From NCBI GenBank assembly GCA_965140585.1, contig OZ223270.1:64001-128000 (forward strand): a DNA stretch of 64,000 nucleotides. Reading direction: 5' to 3'. Each line of letters starts with the position of its first letter. Within the stretch, counting starts at the first letter, position 1. The stretch comes from Spirochaetia bacterium. Its GTDB lineage: Bacteria; Spirochaetota; Spirochaetia; UBA9216. The notes beneath the pieces are model-generated. The model had not been told where the DNA came from, made no database searches, and was given only the letters and a program-made list of their open reading frames with translations. Positions 57,986 to 64,000 of this stretch are shown here, in pieces. The position numbers and the translations under genes were made by a program.

Positions 57986-59964
57986 CACTTCTCCTCGAGT
58001 ATATTAACTGTCTGATTTGAGTAATCAACAGCTTTATATTCAGGGTTTCTAATCTGACTCTCAATTATTTGTGAGGAAAGAAGAAAGGTAGCAAGCATGT
58101 TATCACGATAGCCTGAAGATTCAACACCTCGTCTTTCAACTTTAAAAATCAGTCTTTCCACCATCTTGGGATCAAAAATACCGTACTGTTTAACTATATC
58201 ATCATTCAAAAATTTTTGCACCATCTCCCCCCTTTTCCCGTCTTGAAAAAATGAAGATAAATCAGGAGCCATGTATGGACGCTTTGGCCTATTGATTATC
58301 GGATCAGGAATTACATCTTTAAAAGCTTCTTTTAAAAGATGCTTTGCCGAAAAATCGTTTAATTTTGATTCAGTAGGCACTGTCAAAAGCCAATCTACCA
58401 GATTATGATCTAAAAATGGAAAGCGACCTTCAATCCCATGCGACATTGCCATTCTATCACCCTGGGCTGATAGTAAATATCCAGAAAGAAGTGTTTTCAT
58501 TTCCCAATATTGATTTCTTCGATAAATATCCCATTTTTTTACATGTTTTGGAGTAAAAGCGTCAATTTCATCAGCAAATTTATCAAAATCAAAACTTATC
58601 CCCCAGTCTTTATTTAACATTTTCGACATGACCTGGTTATTGCTTATTCGCATAACAAGTCCACCCAACGGACTCTGAAAGCGTCCTAAAAAACCCTCAT
58701 AATACATTTTAAGAAAACCAACCTGCTCTTTATCTTTATAGTACTCCAGATGAGGGTTAAGCTGAAAAAGTATTTTAGTTATCTCATTATCACTGAGACC
58801 ATTTTTCCATAAAGATAATAATTTCAGTTCTTTATTAGTATCATAACCAAAAAGAATCTCATCTGCAGCCTCGCCAGTAAGTACAACTCTAACATCAGTT
58901 TCTCTAACTTTTTGAGATAATAAATACAACGGGACAGGCGCAGTTCTGAATACCGGACGTTCAAAATGCTTAGCGGCATCATAAAAATTACTTTCAAGTG
59001 CTTTCCCATCAATATTAACTGTATAGTGTTCAAATTCCAACGCATCAACCATGATTTTTTGATATTCTGATTCATCAAAGGAATGATCACTAAAAGTAAC
59101 AGAGAAACTCTTAAATGATTGTTTATTTATTTTTTTTGCAAGAAAGGAAGTGACTGAAGAATCTAATCCTCCGCTAAGATAGCATCCTACGGGGACATCA
59201 CTTCTTAGCCGCAACTTAACGGAATCCTCTAGTTTATCTCTAAGCATATCAGCCTGAGTTCTGAAATCAACACATTCCTCGTTGACTATATTTTCACCTA
59301 GTACATAATATCGTTGAGGATCGGAAGTCGTACCATCAACTTTAAATTGCTGATAACAACCTCCTTCTAGTGAGAAAATATTTCTAAAAACAGTAGTATC
59401 ACCAAGAGTATTCCAAATTAGACTATGTTCAAGTAGTTTTTCCGGATCCCAGAATCGCTGACGAGAGCCTATATGATCAAAAACCTTAAGCTCTGAAGAA
59501 AAATACCACCCACCGTCAGCTTTCATAAAATAAAGAGGCCGAATCCCATAACGATCCCTTACTGCAGTCAGAATTTTTTTTCTTTTATCATAATGAAGAA
59601 TACTAAATTGCCCATTCAATTTTTCGTACGCTTTATAATTCCAAAAATCTATAGCTTTTTGCAAAACTTCAGTATCACTTTTTGTTTCAAAAATAATACC
59701 TTCACCCTCAAGCTCCTTTCTTATTTCTATATAGTTGTATATTTCCCCGTTAAATACAATTGATGAGATTTCACTCATCATAGGCTGAGCTCCCATATTC
59801 AAATCAATAATTGAGAGACGCCTATGTCCTAATGCAACACCGGGAGCAGCATAACTACCCCAACTATCCGGACCACGATGCTCAAGGTATGTCGTTAAAC
59901 TTTCTATTTCTGACTTTAATTCTATAGCCGGCTTTGGCTTAAGTATTCCTGTAATCCCACACAA
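57985..59964 (-). CDS. asnB: Asparagine synthase (glutamine-hydrolysing)-family amidotransferase
   Basis: MCGI.G, HRGPD, RLSIIDL..GAQP, NGEIYNY, RDRYGIRP, LSGGLDSS, TGEAADE, DR..M.HG.E.RFPFLDH. Confidence 0.93.
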   Translation of the reverse strand: MCGITGILKPKPAIELKSEIESLTTYLEHRGPDSWGSYAAPGVALGHRRLSIIDLNMGAQPMMSEISSIVFNGEIYNYIEIRKELEGEGIIFETKSDTEVLQKAIDFWNYKAYEKLNGQFSILHYDKRKKILTAVRDRYGIRPLYFMKADGGWYFSSELKVFDHIGSRQRFWDPEKLLEHSLIWNTLGDTTVFRNIFSLEGGCYQQFKVDGTTSDPQRYYVLGENIVNEECVDFRTQADMLRDKLEDSVKLRLRSDVPVGCYLSGGLDSSVTSFLAKKINKQSFKSFSVTFSDHSFDESEYQKIMVDALEFEHYTVNIDGKALESNFYDAAKHFERPVFRTAPVPLYLLSQKVRETDVRVVLTGEAADEILFGYDTNKELKLLSLWKNGLSDNEITKILFQLNPHLEYYKDKEQVGFLKMYYEGFLGRFQSPLGGLVMRISNNQVMSKMLNKDWGISFDFDKFADEIDAFTPKHVKKWDIYRRNQYWEMKTLLSGYLLSAQGDRMAMSHGIEGRFPFLDHNLVDWLLTVPTESKLNDFSAKHLLKEAFKDVIPDPIINRPKRPYMAPDLSSFFQDGKRGEMVQKFLNDDIVKQYGIFDPKMVERLIFKVERRGVESSGYRDNMLATFLLSSQIIESQIRNPEYKAVDYSNQTVNILEEK

Positions 59965-59975
59965 AAGACTACTCC

Positions 59976-62900
59976 TTAATTTCTTCTTCGCTGACGATTT
60001 CTTTCAGCTGCACGCTTAATCAACTTTCGCTTATCATTTTCATTATTAATGGTTATAGTTTGCCCCTTAACTCCATCACCTAAAAGAAGTTCTTCTTGCA
60101 ATTGTACTGTAGGATAATTCAACAGATCAATAAGAGCAATTTCATGACTTGAGAGTTTATCAAGCTGTTTTTTCAAATCCGGAAGAAGCTGAGAATGGCC
60201 ACCTAAATCAAAAAAGCTAACATCAAATGGAATCTCATTAGTTTTTAACAACGAGGCCCAAATTAACTGAATTTCACCTATCATTCCCTCCGAAAAATTA
60301 CTATTTTTTGATTTCTTTAAGTCTATCTGTGGTTTAATTAACGATAAAGCTTTCCTGTCAATCTTACCACTAGCAAGCAGAGGAAACTCATTGATAATAA
60401 TCATGTTGCTTGGAATCATATAACCCGGCAATGTTTTTGAGAGTTCTTTCTTTATTTTTGTCACATCACTAACATTTTCAGTTTTTAGATATGCATTAAT
60501 AGTCAAATCACCCGAAGATTTGCCAGGAATCATCACTACTGCGGTTCTTACAGATTCGAGAGCTTCTAGTTGACGCTCTATTTCAGCTAATTCAATCCTA
60601 ATACCATTTATTTTCACCTGTGTATCCTTTCTACCATCATAGAAGATAACTCCCTCTGCTGAGTAAAATCCAAGATCTCCAGTTAGATAGATTCTCTCAA
60701 AACCAAATCCCCAATCTCCTTCGATGAAAACCCTTGAAGTAAGCTCAGAATCATTTAAATAACCTGAAGACACATTTATACCAGAAATAGCTATCTCGCC
60801 TTTCACATAAGGAAGACAAAGTTTTCTGTATTTATCCAGAATATATATTCTAGTGTTGGCAATCGGATAACCTATCGGAATTCTGTTTGCTTCAATATCT
60901 TTTTCATTACATGTCCAAGCAGTAACATCAATAGAAGCTTCAGTCGGTCCATATAGGTTATGGAGTTGTTTATTCCCTACTTTCTCAAAAAACTGCTTTA
61001 GAAGAGGAACTTCTAAAGCTTCTCCAGAACAAATGACAGCAGAAAGATCAGGAAATAATGTATTTGACACATTATTCAGAAACTTCTTTAGTAGCGAAGG
61101 TACAAAGTGTACATATTTTATTTTCCTGTGCCTTATTATTTCTGCCAAATATTCATCATCAAGATACTTAGCCGGTTCAGGAATAAATAAAGAAGCTCCA
61201 GTTAGAAATGGCCAGAATATTTCCCACATTGAAACATCAAATGTAAATGGAACTTTATGTAAAATAGTATCACCAGGTATAAGAGGATAAACTTCTTGCA
61301 TCCAGAAAATTCTATTTACAAGACCATTTCCGTTTATCTCAACCCCTTTTGGATTACCGGTTGATCCACTAGTATATAAAACCGCAAAGGGATCATGTGG
61401 TTGTTTTATTATGTCTACAAGATTTTCATTATCTTCGGTATTAAAGTAATCGATGAAAACTGTATCAAAAGCTTCAAACTCCACACCGCTATTGCGTTTC
61501 TCTATTACAGCCAGACTTGCTCCAGCATTTTTCAGGATAAAACATACCCTAGCAACCGGCCAGTTCGGATCAATAGGAATATAAATATTTCCAGTATTTA
61601 CTATAGAATGGATAAGGATAATACGCTCTATCGAATTATCAATACTTACTGCAATAAATTTACTTGTACCAACTCTGGATATTATAGCGGTAGAATATTT
61701 TTTAACAAGGTGATCAAACTGTTTATAAGAATAACTTCTAGTATTATCACTAATTGCAATGAGATCTGCATAATCAATTCTGGATTGCTCAAGAAGTCTC
61801 CGTAAAGCTATTTTTACAGGATAGTCTCTGATTTTATCGGAATAAAATCGCTTTATGTATTCATCAGACAGTAAGGTAATATTAGAAATATTCTCATCTG
61901 GGTTTTCAAGAATTTTTCCAAGAATTAATTCATAAGAGTCTTTCCATTGCGTTACCTGACTTTGACTGAAAGCATTACTATTAAATTCCCATCGATACCG
62001 ATACTTTCCCTTTTCTATCCAATATGTAAAAAAAAGGTCCATTTGTGCACCGTCTGGCCTGATATCTACCGATATACATTCCACATCTTTAAGATTAAGA
62101 TTGAAAGGATCTTCTTTAGTAAAACCTACCTGAATAAAAAACGGGATTCGAATATCTCTTTGCCCCTTATAGAGCTTTAAAATCTCTAGAAAGGGAGCAT
62201 CTTGATTACGATTAAGAAGAAGCATTTGTTTCCGAATTTTTATATAAAGAGATGCAAAAGTATCTGCATTTTCTATTTGAACTCGAAGAGGCAGAATATT
62301 AACAAAAGGACCATACATATATTCCCGTTCCGGGTCTTTACGGTTGGGAAACGGTATACCGATAAAAAAATCCTCTTGACCACATAACTTGGAAAGTAAT
62401 ACAGCATAACTCGTTAATAGAACAATAAATTCTTGAAACTGGAATTCATCCTCAACCAGCTTTAACTTAGATGCCACCCAATCAGGCATATCTGCAAATA
62501 GAGTTTCTCCATCACCAGTAAATACACCTCTTTCAGATTTTCAGAAGGCAGAAGCAGAGGGGAGGGTTCATTTTTTATTTGGTTTTTCCAAAAATCAATA
62601 TTAAAAATACATAAGGAATTCGCTTTATAATCTGTTAATTCAAATGAAAGTTTGTTAGTATTATACAACTCAGAAATGGCTCTGGATAATAAATGTTTAG
62701 AGTGAAGATCTATTAAAATATGATGTTGAATAATGCAAAAATAGTTTAAATTATCATCAAGATTAATTAATCTTGCTTCCAAAGGGAGTTCAGTATTTTC
62801 TAAAAAAAATTTCTGGTTAGATAATTTCTGAATATATTCTTTAGCCTCTGAATCTGAGCTCATTGAAACTACTTTAAGTTCATTATCTGGTAAGGCTCCA

Positions 62901-63061
62901 AAAACAGCTTGGAATACAGTATTCCAAGACTTAAATAGCCTATCCTGATCCAATTTATTAGATATTCTACAACATAGCACAATATTATACGCAATATCTG
63001 TTTTATACAGCGCGTTGATAGTTTTAAAATGCATTTGATTAATGGTAATATTATTATTCAT
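59976..63061 (-). CDS. NRPS module C-A(Ser-type)-T, split by a one-base frameshift near 62531
   Basis: 5' part (62462-63061) has YNI and HHILID. 3' part has GQED..IG.P..NR...GPFVNILPLR, YTSGSTGNPKG, FDVSMWE/VHFVPS/CSGE/YGPTEASIDVT and GGHS. The join reads LPSENLK|RGVFTGDG. Confidence 0.85.
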
Positions 63062-63188
63062 TTTACTTTTAACCCTTATTATAAATTGTGAAATAACATA
63101 ACTCGGGGAACATATCAAAATTCTTAACCTTATATACTGAGAAAACTCCAGAAAACTTAATTTTCAAGGTTAATTAGATATATAACCT

Positions 63189-63692
63189 TTATATAGGCTG
63201 TATTCTTGCTGGAACTCCAATAGCAATAGAATTATCAGGAACATCAATCAGAACAACAGCATTAGCTCCAATTTTAACATTGTTACCAACTTTTATACCA
63301 CCTAATATTTTTGCTCCGGTCCCAACATCAACATTATTTCCAAAAATCGGTGCTTTTTTCTCTTCAATATTTTTTAATCCTATAGTTACCCCGTTTCTAA
63401 TTATACAATTATCACCAAATTGTGCATATCCACTTATGACTATCCCTCCCTGATGATCTATTCTAAATTTTTCTCCTATTTCAACTGTACAAGGAAGCTC
63501 AATACCTTTCCCTTTAATGTAAAAGAATAGAATTTTATAGATCAGCGAAAAAGGTTTTCTGAAAAATCTTATTTTTATTTTATATCGCCATCTACCAAAA
63601 CGATAGATGACCATTGCAATAAATCCCCATTCAATTTTATTAGAATATATGTGAAAATCTTTTTTTATATTCTCAAACATACTAATTCTCAT
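63189..63692 (-). CDS. Serine acetyltransferase-like hexapeptide O-acetyltransferase (WcaB/EpsC-like)
   Basis: GIELP..VEIG..F.IDH..GIVI, GVTIG, P..G.NV.VGTGAKILG, GANAVV, GVPAR. Confidence 0.88.
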   Translation of the reverse strand: MRISMFENIKKDFHIYSNKIEWGFIAMVIYRFGRWRYKIKIRFFRKPFSLIYKILFFYIKGKGIELPCTVEIGEKFRIDHQGGIVISGYAQFGDNCIIRNGVTIGLKNIEEKKAPIFGNNVDVGTGAKILGGIKVGNNVKIGANAVVLIDVPDNSIAIGVPARIQPI

Positions 63693-64000
63693 TTAGCTAC
63701 TCCAGGGCCTTTCTGGCGATACCAGCCCACCCTTTGTATTACCCCATGCTTTTTTAATAAGCTCTATAATTATACGTGAATCCTCGGCTTTTTGGCTATT
63801 TCTATTTTTCAATATCCGCAGTAGATTCCATGATGATTCAAGGAGCTTAATACTCAATGTAACAAAAAAACCATAATTTTTTCGAAAATACAAAAATTGG
63901 CTCTGGAGTTGCCATAATATCATTTGTTTTCCAGTTTTAGATACTTTTTCAGCCGAAAATATTGTAGTAGAGGCTCCCCCCAAGTGAATTACCTCCACTT
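63693..64000 (-). CDS. Glycosyltransferase family 2, C-terminal part (5' end off the window)
   Basis: EVIHLGGAST...S...YFRKNYG pattern typical of WbbL-like GT2 C-termini. Confidence 0.65.
   Translation of the reverse strand, partial: VEVIHLGGASTTIFSAEKVSKTGKQMILWQLQSQFLYFRKNYGFFVTLSIKLLESSWNLLRILKNRNSQKAEDSRIIIELIKKAWGNTKGGLVSPERPWSS

Noticed and set aside
97-62387. Numerous 60-190 aa ORFs antisense to or overlapping well-supported genes (e.g. 2689-3249, 21159-21641, 25756-26256, 33262-33816, 48857-49045)
   Set aside because: Shadow ORFs lacking RBS and motifs, fully explained by the coding strand
14424-62560. Claiming programmed -1 frameshifting as an established shared mechanism for the three split genes
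   Set aside because: All three are one base short in A/T runs, the typical long-read error. No stimulatory structure was identified and the NRPS site has no slippery heptamer. Kept only as items to verify.

Overview
Bacterial chromosomal window, most likely from a free-living spirochaete. This is inferred from the many lipoproteins and the 'FAGGAQE' signal on the phosphate-binding protein, not proven. No rRNA, tRNA, CRISPR array or intact IS was seen. (1) 1-10.6 kb: a catabolic operon (HMG/RraA aldolase, Ldh_2 dehydrogenase, W-aldehyde:ferredoxin oxidoreductase, SDR, cupin, IolN-like creatininase-family hydrolase, Zn-dehydrogenase), a heavily decayed Dpp/Opp ABC operon and a GntR regulator. 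(2) 10.8-42.8 kb: mixed backbone. It holds tandem aroQ genes (one lacks the catalytic His/Asp), FN3 lipoproteins, a 5'-nucleotidase, a DA1-like LIM/HExxH peptidase, a DmpA peptidase, a histidine kinase, aroA, ltaE, hipBA with three operators, htpG, a CorC/TlyC protein, plsC, thrH, folE, an Sfp PPTase next to a glutaminase-less AsnB-like ligase, pstS with a Pho-like box, a ZIP transporter and crcB. (3) 42.8-64 kb: a visibly AT-rich island and the best candidate for an undescribed system. A sigma54 activator with a non-phosphorylatable receiver is divergent from a cNMP-HD-GYP gene. Two paralogous Ig-like lipoprotein genes each have a sigma54 promoter and a shared TT(A/T)CA-N4-YGTAATT upstream site. 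Putative beta-barrel genes follow, then the end of a polysaccharide locus (GT2, O-acetyltransferase) running into NRPS (C-A[Ser]-T), AsnB, ACP, hybrid A[Gly]-T-KS-AT-ACP-TE and methyltransferase genes. Three genes are split by apparent single-base deletions in A/T runs, which may be sequencing errors. All family assignments come from reading motifs by eye; no searches were run.
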